Notes: generated from the sequence alone by a model not told the origin. DNA of 64,000 bases from Narcine bancroftii (GCF_036971445.1 NC_091480.1:96534001-96598000); one strand, 5' to 3'. Positions 11,531 to 24,122 are shown, numbered from the stretch's first letter. Made by a program: numbers and translations.

Positions 11531-12341
11531 TTTTGTTTGAGTAAGATTAAGGACTTTTTTTTGGTCACTTTGCAGTTCTGAATAGGATACCGCCAAGTAA
11601 TTTTGCTTCTCAAAATTATCCAGTTTGTCAGATTCCCAATTAAAGTTCGTTAAGTTGGTTTTAGCAATAGCAAGGAAATGTGTCGTTATTACATGGAAAT
11701 CTGATGTTTCATTAACATTGGATAGATGGCACGCTGAAATTCAAAGCTGTATACCATTAGAAAAAAAAATAACGTATAATTTTAAGGGATAAATATTCTT
11801 TATTTTTGCAAATTTGGGGACTGTATACTAAATTAATGAAATTAAAATTATGATTTCTTTATTGATCAGTGAAGTTTTTCCCTAAAAATATAACAACTTT
11901 ATCATGTTTTTGAGGTCTTTGAGTGTCAACTGATGGAATCTGAATTAATTATTTGTAATCATTTTATAATGAAATATCTTATAGATTAGTTTTGGGACTA
12001 GATTAATTGGGGGGGAGGGGGGTTAATTGAGTTTATTGTAGTTTGCCTTTTTTTAGATTTTAGTATTTTATTTTTTATAAATAGACTTTTAGCATATATT
12101 TGCTGATATTTTATTATGTACTTATGCTATAACATTCTTAATTTTTGACGTATATGATGAATAAATATTCAGAAAATTTATCTAATTTTTCATGTGTAAA
12201 ACTTAAGTCCTATATACCTGTATCATGAGTTGTAAAATCTACAAGATGAAACGGGCGTTTTTAGGGCAAAAATATTTCTTTTTTTGGTCTCTTTTTTTTA
12301 TGTTCATAACATTTAACAAAAAATAGGCATATTAACCATTG

Positions 12342-12637
12342 AAGCTAAATCCTGGCTGATATCAAGTAATTCAAATTCATGCTGGAATTGAACCTAGGAT
12401 CCTCCTTTGCACAGATGCATGGTATTGAACCTCACTTGTGTTGTCAGATTAGAGTGTGATAGGATTTATGTGGCAAGCTTTGGCCAGTCGATTGGTTGTC
12501 ATTCCATTCCTTCCTGAAGTCGCAAGTTAATTCAGTAATTTAAAATAAAAAGAGAACCTGTTCTTATCCATTTGACCAAACATTATGGAGATTGTACACA
12601 AAAAAGAAATGGAGAAAAATTCCAAACCTAATTGACC
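12342..12637. repeat. Left arm of a ~295-bp inverted duplication (partner 14224-14522)
   Basis: Direct reverse-complement match with only scattered mismatches and small indels. Confidence 0.92.
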
Positions 12638-13059
12638 TTGTATTCTGCTCTTGTGAGATTCGCAGGTCTGTATGGACAGAAGCTGTCATGGTGAAATGCA
12701 AATCGTTTGCTTCATATCTACATAGGGATTAGTTGGCCTATTTATTTCTGGCCTAGATTTTTTTAAGTTTAAAAATAGACAGATAGCAGTTGCACAATGT
12801 GAGAGAGCTGAAGTGAAATGAACATCCTCTTTGTTATATGATTGCAGAAATGTGCCAATGTGTGAAAAAAGTGGCTGAGAGTTCAATATCTTTGAAGCAT
12901 TTTTAGGCAAGGAAGGATCTTGGTTATATTCTATTTCAGTTAAAGGTAATCACATAGTTCATGACTAAGGAAGAGGTGGCATCCCTGCACTTTTGCTGTT
13001 CTTCCTTGTTAATCTACCCTGTGTAACCAGAAAGAGCATGGATTTTAATTTTTAATTTT

Positions 13060-13280
13060 TTTTTAAATTTAGACATACAGTACGGTTACAGGCCCTTTCA
13101 GCCCATGAGCCCGTGCTGCCCCAATTACACCCAATTGACCTACAACCCCCCGTAATTTTTTTGAACGATGGGAGGAAGTCGGGGCCCAGGGAAAACTCAT
13201 GAAGACACGGGGAAAATGTACAAATTCCTTACAGACAATATGGGATCCGATCGCTGGCACTGTAACAGTGTTGTGCCAGC
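13060..13280 (-). mobile_element. V-SINE (HE1-like)
   Basis: V-domain (ttcctccca, gaatttgtacattttccccgtgtct on the minus strand) and a CR1-like tail gggcctgtaaccgtactgtatgtctaaa. Confidence 0.8.
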
Positions 13281-14223
13281 CTAACCTCTTTCTCCCATTC
13301 TGTTAGGCCATAAAAGGATGCTTTGTAAATATTTTCTTTGCAATAAGGCTGAAGGAAGAATGTCTCATCTGTTGAGTTCTACAATAACTGCTAAACTCGG
13401 TTGGAAAAAAAAAGGAAATGCGGTAAATCTGAAATAAAAATAGAAGATGCTGAAAACCCTCAGCAAGTCGAGCAGCATTTGAATTACAGGTTAGGGTTTG
13501 TCAAAACATTATTAAAACATTAACTTTTGGGAGCCAACATGCTTAAGGGAGAAATATTAAAAATCATTTTGCAACTCATCTGCTGAACCTTTCCAGGATG
13601 TGCAGTTTGCAACCTCCACAATCACAGTCAAGAGGAATGAATTAAGTTGAAGTGGTTTTAAGTTGCCTGCAAATTTGTATGATTGTAAAATTGCTAAAAT
13701 TTTTGACAATTTCTGCAAGATGTGTAATTTCCAGCTCTTTAAGAAAATAAATATGTGTACTGTAATTCCTTTACAGAAACTTTAAAATAAAAATGATTCA
13801 ACACTTTCTATTTTAAAATAAGTTTATGATATGCAATGACTTTTTGCATTATCAAAAATGGATTTATTCTTCCCAGTTTTGCTCTGAGAATTCTTCAGTG
13901 ATTTGCTACTTGCCCTGATTGATGATGTTGTGATTCCATGACACCAGGGATCCCCTTGAATTGATGGCTGTTATTAAACAACATCCGAGAAGAATCACAT
14001 ATCAGTGTGTCCTTCTGTTTTTCAAAATTAACAGCAAATGCTGTCAGTTCAATTATCGGAAAATCTAGGTCAAAATATATGTACAAAATGATTATTTTTC
14101 AGAAAGAGAAAAATCTTTAATCACAACTGTTTTCTACAATGTAATTTATTTTCAAATAATAATCTGATACGATTCCTGCAGATTTTATTACTGTTGTGTT
14201 GTTGACATCACAATACTGCAACT

Positions 14224-14522
14224 GGTCAGTTTGGTTTGGAATTTTTCCCCATTTCTTTTTTGTGTACAATCTCCATAATGTTTGGTCAAATGGATAAGAA
14301 CAGGTTCTCTTTTTTGTATTTTAAATTACTGAATTAACCTGCGACTTCAGGAAGGAGTGGAATGACAACCAATCGACTGGCCAAAGCTTGCCACATAAAT
14401 CCTATCACACTCTAATCTGACAACACAAGTGAGGTTCAATACCATGCATCTGTGCAAAGGAGGATTCTAGGTTCAATTCCTGCATGAATTTGAATTACTT
14501 GATATCAGCCAGGATTTAGCTT
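14224..14522. repeat. Right arm of the inverted duplication (partner 12342-12637)
   Basis: Reverse complement of 12342-12637. Confidence 0.92.
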
Positions 14523-14929
14523 TGGCAGATGAGGTGAGTGATGAACATCAGCAACCAGTTGCTGGTGGGTATCCAATTACTTCCATTGGAATCAGCTTGT
14601 GACCATCCAGCAAAATATTAGAATTGTGGTTGGTCACAAGCTGTCTGACAACTGAATAGCATGACTGATGCTAACTAGATTGACGTTTAAAAAATGAGCC
14701 AGGTCACTTCATTAAACTGAACTCCAACAGTTGAAACAAGAGCAAATTGCAAGAATATGTGCATTTTTGAACAAACAGTTACCAATTAGAGGGTTTTGCT
14801 ATAATGTAGATTAAAAATACTTGTATGACAAAATCACTACAGTGAAGACAGATTGAAATGCAGCAGGTGTAACATTTCAATTTAAAGAGAGGAGAAGCAA
14901 AATAGGGAATTATGAATTGTCACATCTGA

Positions 14930-15463
14930 TTCTTCTTTCTTTTTTCTTTGGCTTGGCTTCACGGACGAAGATTTATGGAGGGGTAATGTCCACGTCAGCT
15001 GCAGGTTCGTTTGTGGCTGACAAGTCCGATGCGGGACAGGCAGACACGGTTGCAGCGGTTGCAAGGGAAAATTGGTTGGTTGGAGTTGGGTGTTGGGTTT
15101 TTCCTCCTTTATCTTTTGACAGTGAGGTGGGCTCTGCGGTCTTCTTCAAAGGAGGTTGCTGCCAGTCGAACTGTGAGGCGCCAAGATGCACGGTTTGAGG
15201 CGAGATCAGCCCACTGGGCTAAAGAGCTTTCTTTAGGCAGTCCTTGTACCTCTTCTTTGGTGCACCTCTGTCTCGGTGGCCAGTGGAGAGCTCACCATAA
15301 AACACGATCTTGGGAAGGCGATGGTCCTCCATTCTGGAGACGTGACCTACCCAGCGCAGTTGGATCTTCAGCAGTGTGGATTCGATGCTGTCGGCCTCTG
15401 CCATCTCGAGTACTTCGATGTTAGGAATGAAGTCGCTCCAATGAATGTTGAGGATGGAGCGGA
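14930..15463 (-). mobile_element. RTE-clade LINE 3' fragment (longest copy in the window)
   Basis: QLRWVGHVSRMEDHRLPKIVFYGEL..G.R.RG.PKKRYKDCLK motif plus the C-terminal CxxC...SH; disrupted frame. Confidence 0.9.
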
Positions 15464-15689
15464 TTATATCAAATGGCTGGCATCCAGCATTATTTTTAAA
15501 ATAACATGATTGGACAGAGTTTGTGCCATTGTGAAGCGAAAAGTGCTATTGTATAACTGAGGTTGATCAGATAGAATTACCAGGTGTATATTTGGCTTTT
15601 GATAAGATACTATACAAGAACTTGTGCTTTAAAAAAAGAAGCCTATATGGACAATTGTTTTAAGAGTGAAATAAGTTGTTTTTAATTTG

Positions 15690-16480
15690 GCATTTGCTGA
15701 TGGGATGCCACAAAGATCTTAGCCTTCACAATTCATATTAATGATCTGATTGTGTACTTCCGTTGCATCCAAATTTGATACAGCGAGGCAGGCAAGTGAG
15801 CGATGCGGTGAATGCAAAGAGTCTGCATGAATTAAGTCGATTAAAAGGATTATACTGTAGGAAAATATTAAGTCAGGTACTTTGGTGAGAACAATACAAA
15901 ATATTTTTTAAGCAGGAATAATACTAAAAATCCATGCTATATATTGAGGAAGGCAAATGATATGTTGGCCTATTATAGCAAAGGGTTTGGAGTATAAAAG
16001 CAAGGAAGCCTTTTCAGATTATATGGAGTTTTAACAAGACTTTAGGAGTACTGTTTGAAGTATTGATTTTGCTGTTTAGTACAACTGGATTAAAATGTGG
16101 GACAAGGGCTATGTCCTTTGAGGAAAGATTGAGCACAGTTGACCATCTCTTTGAGAATAGGATGTGATACACATGTTGGCAAGGGATAAGCAGTAGAGTT
16201 GGAGAGTTTAGCACCAGAGACGTAATGTAATGACAGGGGCTCAGTCATTTGGGGTTGAGATGAGAAACTTCTGCCAAGAGAGTTATAGGTCTTTGTATTT
16301 CTCATGATGGTTTTACACAATCATGTTTATTGAATATCAAAAAAATCATTAAATTTTTGAGTAGGTGAGAGAATCAGAAGGTGTTTGAATGGGAAAGTCG
16401 ATAAGACAGGACAATCCACGATCTTATTGAATTCTGGAGGAAGCTTGAGATTCCCCATGGCAAAATCCTGTTTCACTTTT
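15690..16480 (+). mobile_element. Highly degenerate CR1 LINE fragment
   Basis: Remnants such as aaggcaaatgatatgttggcc-tattatagcaaagggtttggagtataaaagcaagg and a CR1-like 3' UTR. Confidence 0.6.
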
Positions 16481-17033
16481 CCTTTTATTTAACGTATTTG
16501 TTAGTTCACTGCTAAGGTAGAACTTGACAGTGTTACTTCCAGAAAGACACTGAAACAATTGTGCAATTTTAATTGTGATCCAATAAAATTTGACAGGTAT
16601 TTCACTTAGAAATATTGTTAGCATGCACCTAAATGACGTTAAGTTTTAATCAAGTGAAAATGAAAAAGTACCCTTCCAGTGTACCCAATCAATTCTGAAA
16701 ATGTGCGACTTTGAACTTAACAAAGTTAGACCTATTGATTTCCTATTTGAACAATTGATCACAAATGACCTGATAATATCTATGCATTTGCCATGCAATT
16801 TTTCCTTAAAATTAATTAATTTTAAAATAAATTGAACAATCTAATGATCGTGCAATCTTTTGTAACTCGTGACCTAGCCACAGAAATTGGAACGAGTACT
16901 GAAAATTGGAATGTGTAGTTGTGGCACATTGCAGCATTGCCTTAACCCCTTCAACATTGGTAAGATAGGTAACAAGCTTTCCAAAGAAAGTTTTTGATCT
17001 ACCTTATCTAACATGATCCTTTCTTATTTTCAG

Positions 17034-17104
17034 CTTTGTGCATCTGACAAGACCCTGGAGTTTGAGCGAGATTTTCGGATCAAGCATTATGCTGGACATG
17101 TTGT
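17034..17104 (+). CDS. MYO1D: Myosin-Id coding exon (71 nt; [23 protein letters not shown](V))
   Basis: tttcag|CTT acceptor and GT|gtaagt donor; myosin F.I.HYAG.V motif. Confidence 0.95.
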
Positions 17105-17634
17105 GTAAGTTTGATGCATCTTATAGCATCTTTCTGATAGCATCTTAGATATATGTGCAGTGTATCGTCATCTCCATGCAATATCTGTGACGAGCGAAGT
17201 AATTTTGCACTTGGAGTGGAAAAGAATTTAATTCTTTTCCTTCCAATTGACCTTGGACCTTGTAACTTTTGCCTCAGCATGAAAGCATAAATTCCCACAA
17301 TATTACTTGCTCTAAACCTGTTTCAATATCACTTTGTACCTTCTGATTGTAATAAAGCCATTAAAATTTGTCATGTTCATGCTCAAATACTTTCCTGATT
17401 TTTGTCTTTTCCATCACTGTTTATTTTACAATTCTACAACTTCCAGAACACACCGTTCCCCAGCTCGTCTCTTCCCTTTACAGCATCACTGGTGACCTGT
17501 ATTTTCTGTTCAGACTTGCTTCTTTGTAAAAAAAAAAAATAGCCCACTCCCTCCATCAGGCCATCTTTCTCTTCTAAGATGCTTATTTATAAACTGGTAC
17601 CAAAATTAAATTTTGTAGTTACATGTCAATATGT

Positions 17635-18626
17635 TGTGACAGATTATGTTGTGTTTGTATATAGATATGTTTTTGGGAGATAATTTGGGAGATAAATTCT
17701 TTAAATCAGATCTTATTTAAAATACTGGAGCTCTGCTCATGCTAGACAGGCCAGCGCCAAGAGCCTTTGCAAAAGCTTTGGAAAGTGCCAAGAGACTTCA
17801 CTAATGGATTGTGGTTTACAAAAAGAACTTGTCGGAGCCGCAGACTATCTGGAGTGGAACTTGCTGTTCCAAGAGGGTCATGTGATTTTGCAAGCAGAGA
17901 GAGTAAAACAGGTTTTCTCTCAGAGAGAGAGAGGGAATTCAGTTCTGCAGTTTTACAGTCAGGAGCTGAGACTGGAACACGACAAGTTGGCAAGCTTGTG
18001 GAAAACCCCATTTGGAAGATGGGTTGTGAGTGCTTAGTTCAGCGTGGTCAAAGCTCTTGTGGTTCATGCAAGAGGAGAGGACTGGCTGCCTAAGGTTTCA
18101 CTTGAAATAAGAGAAACAAAAAGGAACTCAGTGGTGACCTGAAAGAAAGAGGTTATCAAATGGAAAACCCTGAGGGGGCAAGTTTCTTCGGCAAGACACT
18201 GAAGTGGCTGATTAGAAGGGATCAGTTGTGGATGTTCTGGAACAACCAATCTCTCTCTGAAAACTGACAAGAACCTTCCTGAGCAGTAACCATTTACCTA
18301 TCAAGCACCAAAGCCTGGTGAACTTTATAAATGTTAAATTCTGTGCACAGTATAAGAATTGCCTGCCACCAGTAATCTTGGAAGAATGAGAAGTGAGATT
18401 GGACTGCGAACCAAAAAACTTTTCTGAACTTACACACACATTGCACACACGTGTGCTTAGAATTAGAAGGGGGTTAAGTTGGGTTAGTTAGGTCAATACT
18501 GATAAGTTAAAGTGTGATTCTGTTTTCACGTTTAAAGATATTTAAAAGCAACTTTTGTTTAAGTAATGATTTGTCTTGGTGAATATCATTTGCTGCTGGG
18601 TTTTGGTGTCCTCTGGGCTCATTACA
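17635..18626 (+). mobile_element. Probable long solo LTR (~1 kb)
   Basis: Starts TGTGAC and ends ...ctctgggctcATTACA; non-coding; 3' end resembles the element at 60166-61176. No clean TSD. Confidence 0.5.
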
Positions 18627-19263
18627 CTTGGAGATATTTGTGAAAAGGATATAAAATTGAAATTGGACAAATACCAAGAAAAATAGCAACTGCAAAGAAA
18701 TGTATAGTGATATTATGGAAAGATGAGAGAGAAGTGGTATTAAGTAGATGGTAGAATGAGATGCAAAATTGTAGACCTTTGGAAAAAAATTATGTATAGT
18801 TTAAGGAATCAAGTTGAAAATTTTTATAGTATTTGGAAACCATATATAGATTTTATGGATAATTTTCCATCCACCTCTTGATAACATTTTAAACATTTTC
18901 TGTATGTTAGATCGACATTTAGGGTTGATTATTATAGGGAATTTGCTACTGTGGAAATGTGTTCCTGCTCGTGTTGTAGAGCAGAGGAAGAGTGCTTGGT
19001 ACTTCTTGAAGTCTTCAAATAAAGAACCTTTTTCAGGCAAGTCCTCTAATAACTGTGATTGTGAGAAAGGTGTGGAAACATAACCCCACTGCATTAATGT
19101 ATCATTTATTTTGACTTAGTATGTTTATGAAGCTTCTGTGACCAACCTTTGAGATATTTTCTCTTGTCTATGGTTCCATATAACTACAATTTGCTGTTGC
19201 TGAGGGGAAAGAGCCTTAAAGTATTTATTCAGGACTGTGGGGCAGTTTTGATGACCTCAGTAG

Positions 19264-19697
19264 TGTAAGGTAAAACATCATGAGATGGGAATGTGTAGGG
19301 AGTTACCCTGTACAGGGCAGTAACAAGAAGGGGAGGTGTCCTTGTACTCCTGTTAGGTAAAACATCATGAGATGGGAATGTACAGGGCTGTAACAAGATG
19401 TGAATGCATCCTTGTACTTACAAGATAAGAGAGACATTGATGGATTGAGAGGCAGGAAGCTAGCAGGGAAAGGATAGCAACAGTTTTAGTCATTGGACAA
19501 GTAATGATATGATGATGTTCTAAGCATGTATCCAAGGGTATAAAAAAATCACCATTTTGCTGATAACGGCAGAATGCATTCTCCGACTAACATGTTTAGT
19601 CGCAAGTGTTACAATCCGGTAGTAAAGAACAAAGAACCCTGATTTCGACTCAGTCTGGTGTTTGTCTCACTCATTCATGAACAAAGCAGACCTAACA
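19264..19697 (+). mobile_element. Solo LTR (family A), sense to MYO1D, with an internal U3 duplication
   Basis: TG...CA ends; perfect 4-bp TSD GTAG; TATAAAA at 19539; AGTAAA at 19621; the first ~31 bp are repeated at 19351. Confidence 0.9.
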
Positions 19698-19754
19698 GTA
19701 GTCAATTCAACGTTATTTTTTGCATTTATGTGAATTTTTTTTCCCTCCATTAAG

Positions 19755-19829
19755 ATACTCCGTTGTTGGCTTCATTGACAAAAACAAAGACACTCTGTTC
19801 CAGGATTTCAAACGGCTAATGTACAATAG
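19755..19829 (+). CDS. MYO1D: Myosin-Id coding exon (75 nt; [24 protein letters not shown](S))
   Basis: taag|A acceptor and AG|gtaagg donor; GFIDKNKD motif; phase 2 to 2. Confidence 0.95.
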
Positions 19830-20465
19830 GTAAGGGAGTGGAAATAATTAAGTGAACTCAAATGAAAAAAAATGGTCTCTGCTCACAATGTTGCCAGTTG
19901 CTGAGAACTGAATGTGATTTATTATCCAATAGAAAGCAATCCAGAATTCACTGAATCGGAGATTTTCATAAAAGTAATAACTGTTCTTAAATCTAAAAAA
20001 TGAAGGCTCAAAACTGATTTTAACTAATAGTCACATAGGTGACATTACATAATTATCCTTCAGAAGATCGTGCTAGCATCCAAAAAAGGCAGTTTTGCAA
20101 GGCATTATGATCTTGAGAAAATGTGTCTTGTTAAGCAGCACTAATGACTGAGAGTTCACATCCCGCTCCAGACATACAAGGCACAAACCTCTGGAACTCA
20201 TGGCACCTGATGCATGATATACCTTGCTGCAGAATGACTGTTGTTCAACGAGTAGAACTACAGCCTCACTGCTCCAACAACCCGGAGTCAACCCTGACTC
20301 CTGTCTGTGGGTTTTGCACATTTTGCTTCTGACTGCGTGGGTTTCCTCCCAAGAGTCCAACCCTCTCGTCTCTTTTTGCTCCTTGTATATCTGTAAAAAC
20401 TTTCACATCCCCTTCTGTGCTGCTGGCTAGCTCCCCTTTGTAGTTCATCAAGGAAAAAAAAAATG

Positions 20466-21238
20466 TTGGCGCTGCCAGAGTTTCCGTTAACGGCAGCGCT
20501 GCCTCTGGTGTGGACCTGGGGAGAGCGAGGAGCGGAGACGCAGTGCTCCTCCGCAGGATTCTACCGCACAGTCCTACTACCGATGGCTTCGTACAGCCTG
20601 TTAAATGAGCCGATGGGGTCTTATTTTAGAATCCTGTGACCGTGAGATCTGGGTCCAAGATGACGGCACCTGATGGCAGCAGTCTTGAAGGATTGCAGTG
20701 GACAGGTGCAGGGCACCAAAAAACTGGGGAAACATCCCCTGTTTGAGAACCAGAGGAGAGAACCCTATGGAACAGTGACCACGGTGACAGATTAGTGAGG
20801 TGCTTGGCGGCTGAGTTTTTGGCAAATTAAAGTGACGATCCATCACAGGCTGTGGCTGCTGTTGACTTGGAGTCAAAGGGCTGCTGGAGACTGATGAGAC
20901 TGGCTGAAGGGGTACCAGGTATCGGAGCAGGATGCAAGAGAATGCTGAGGTCAGGAGGGGCTCCTGAGGGGATTCCTGATTGTGACGGAGGTTTGGATCT
21001 GGAGATTGGGCTGCTGATGGTCTGGACTGAAGTCTGTGTGGCTGCAGAGGCTGGGGGAGCACTGGAGGACGCATTCAGTGACTGAAGGGGCTCTCTTTTG
21101 CTTCTCTTTTCTCTGACTATAAGGGGCTGTGGGAAATTTCTGCTGATAGTGAATCTTTGCCTGCCTTACAGCAAACTAAACGCAATTTCACATAATATCA
21201 CATCTGTTTCATAACATGACAATAAAAGAATCTTGAAT
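20466..21238 (+). mobile_element. Non-coding retroposon (unclassified family B) with a Rex1/Babar-like 3' tail
   Basis: Shares blocks with 49510-50260 (e.g. gactggctgaaggggtaccaggtat); ends atgacaataaaagaatcttgaat. Confidence 0.65.
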
Positions 21239-22459
21239 TTCCTCTCATAATTTCATTTTTAGTGGCCTTTTGATAGCTTTAAAAAGCCTCCCAATCCTCT
21301 TGCTTCCCACTAATCTTTGCTATATTTTGCTTGTACTCTTTTTTTTCAGACATCCCTTGTCAGTCATGGTAGCCTCAGCCTCCCTTTTGAACACTTGATT
21401 GCTTGGGATGAACTTGTCCTGTGCCCTCTTTGTTAAACTCAGAAACTGCTCATCCATCATCCCCCCCAGTATCCACATCCAAATGGCTTTGGCCAGCTCC
21501 TCTCTCAAACATCTGATTTTAGTTTCTCCTCTCAAACTCCAGGGTGAATTATATCATATTATGTTCGCTGCCTCCTGGAAGTTCCTTTATCCTTATTCCT
21601 TTGTCTTTTGTTAAATCAGGGAGAAGAACATAATGCCCAATCCAGAATTGCATTTCCCCTAGTTGACTCAGCCATAAGCTGCTCTAAAGAAACTGTCCCT
21701 CAGGCATTCTATAAATTCCTTCTCTTGGAATCCAGCACCAACCAAATTTCCCCAATCCACTTGCATGTTGAAATCCCCCATGACTCTTATAGCTTTGCCC
21801 TTTTTGCATGGCTTTTCTCTCTCCAATTTGTATGCCAGCTCCTGGAGGCCTGTTTATAACCACCCCACCCCCTCCAGCAGGGTCTTTTTCAGTTTCTTAG
21901 CTCTGCCCACAGGGATTTTACGTCTTCCAATCCTCTATTTCTTTCCTGTCCCCCACCTCGCACCCTACTTCCTCCACCACCCGCCATCCGTCTTGTTCAC
22001 ATAACAGCCAAGCATACGGTTCTTAAATCAGTTGAATCAGATTTTTAATCCTCAAATCCAAGTGAGCCAGTTCCCCATGTGAGCCATTTTTGTTTCCAAC
22101 CATTTCTCAAAAAGCTGCTCCCATCTCACGAGCTGTTTTGGAGGAATTGAATTGATAAAAATAATGCTGGTATTTTCTCAGACAATTGTATTGTAAGAAT
22201 TATTGTGAGCATCATGTACTGTTTTTTTTAATCCATTGATATTGACTCTGCAAGAGGAATGGCCATAAACAGGTGAAAATGTCAGTGGCTTCAGAGGTGG
22301 CCGTATCATCGCAAACAAAGGGAAATGAAGTATCATGGAGTGAGTTTGGAAAGTCCTTCAACATGAATTGGGAGGATTGAGTAGAGTTCATCTGATTGGG
22401 AGAGTTGTGGATGTCTGAGCTGTGGATAAGATGGAAAGTTGCAATGGATTGCAAAGGAA

Positions 22460-22763
22460 ACTATCACCCAATGACCTCATAGGGAAGTTGTTAGAAGCTA
22501 TTGTTAAAAATGTTATACCAGGATACACAAAAAAAATCAAAGATATTGAGCAAAGTCAATTTATCAGAGTTCTTTGAAGAAGTAGCATGCTGTGAATATT
22601 GAGCAGCCAGTGGATTAGCTGTACTTAGATTTCCAAAGACATTTATTTTGGACAATAAAAGCTTCTGGTGTAAGACCTATCATTTATTAGCCATATTACT
22701 ATAAATGGAGAACAGTGATGAATAGGACTTTTTGTGGATGGCAAGTGCCTTGACATTTTACAG

Positions 22764-22795
<32 letters not shown>

Positions 22796-23610
22796 TTGTG
22801 GTAAGAGCTAAATTTGCAGATGATATAAAGGTCAGAATGTAAATTATGAAGAAAAACACAGAGGATACAAAGTGCTATTGATAGGTTTACTGGATGAGTA
22901 ATATATAATGTGGGGGGGGAAAATGATATTGTCAATTTTGACAGAAGGATTAAAACTTTACCCAAATTGTGAGAGATTGCAGAACGTGGAGATATATCAC
23001 CCACAGAAAGCTATTATTAGTTAAAGCAAGTAGTTAAGAAAACTAACAATGTTATTTCTGGTTATGTGGTCAGATGTGATTAAGGAGATTGTGCCTCGAT
23101 CACATAGGGGATCAGTAGGGCCACACATGGAGTACTATGCACAGTGTTGGTCTCCCTGTTTAAAGGAAGCTCCTAATGCACTGGAAATAGTTGAGGGAAG
23201 GATAACTAGACTAGTACCCAAAATGTTGGTTTCTCTTGAGGAAAGGTTGAAAGTGCAAGACCCTGAGGTGTCTTGATGGGATGAATAGGGAGGGAATATT
23301 TCCTTTTGGTAGAGTTTAGAGCTAAGGACATGTTTAAAAACAAAGGGTTGCCCATTTCAGGAAGAGTGGCAAAATAATGTTTTTTATTCTGAGAGGCCCA
23401 AGTGTTTTTTGAAATTCTTTTTCCTTAAAGGCAGTGGAAATAATCTTTGAATATTTTTAAGACAAAGGTTGATAAATACTTGATGAGCAAAGAAGTGGAA
23501 GGGTAATGTGGGTAAAAGGGAATTTAGAGTCGAGCTCCTCAAGCCTTGATCTGAATAAATGGCAGAGAAGGTTTGAGGAGCTGAGTGGCCTCTAATCCTA
23601 CTCCTAAATT
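22460..23610 (+). mobile_element. Degenerate CR1 LINE fragment
   Basis: YLDF.KTF, AKFADD.K and PHMEY..QCWSP remnants; 3' UTR ending in gagtggcctctaatcctactcctaa. Confidence 0.7.
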
Positions 23611-23978
23611 AACAATTCAGGCTTCCAAGTTGTACTCTCCAAGTGCTGTCATTTTCTCTGGCAAAAAATTGAGCAGTATTCCAATCATTTTGACACCGTG
23701 TCACAATAATTAAAGTAATTTTGGATGGGCAAAATGAGTACCTTTTCTGTACTTTGAACATAATATAAGTGAATTCATTCCAGAATGATTACAAACTTGA
23801 CCTAAGTTACTTTCACCCTCCCTTCAAATAAAATTTCTAATGGACTCTAGTATTTGATGTTTTGATCTGCTGCAGTGGCATATTTGGTACTGAACATGAT
23901 GCAGGATTTGAAGGGTGATTACGTATTTGCAGATTAGATTCTGGTGGTGTGTTTTGGCATGGTGGGGATTTTTTCATG

Positions 23979-24122
23979 CAGTGGTTCTCAATCTTTTTTT
24001 CCACTCACATACCACCTTAAGTAATCCCTTACCAACCACAATAACCCCAGTAGGTGGTCTGTGACTAGTAAGGGATTAATTAAGGTGGTATGTGTGGAAA
24101 AATGAAAGGTTGAGAACCACCG
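23979..24122. mobile_element. Palindromic hAT/Charlie-type MITE (monomer)
   Basis: TIRs CAGTGGTTCTCAA and TTGAGAACCACCG; internally self-complementary; degenerate 8-bp TSD ttttcatg/ttttagag. Confidence 0.8.

Noticed and set aside
12342-14522. Foldback transposon with 295-bp TIRs
   Set aside because: No TSD or characteristic termini, and the interior is ordinary intron with a SINE; kept as an inverted duplication.
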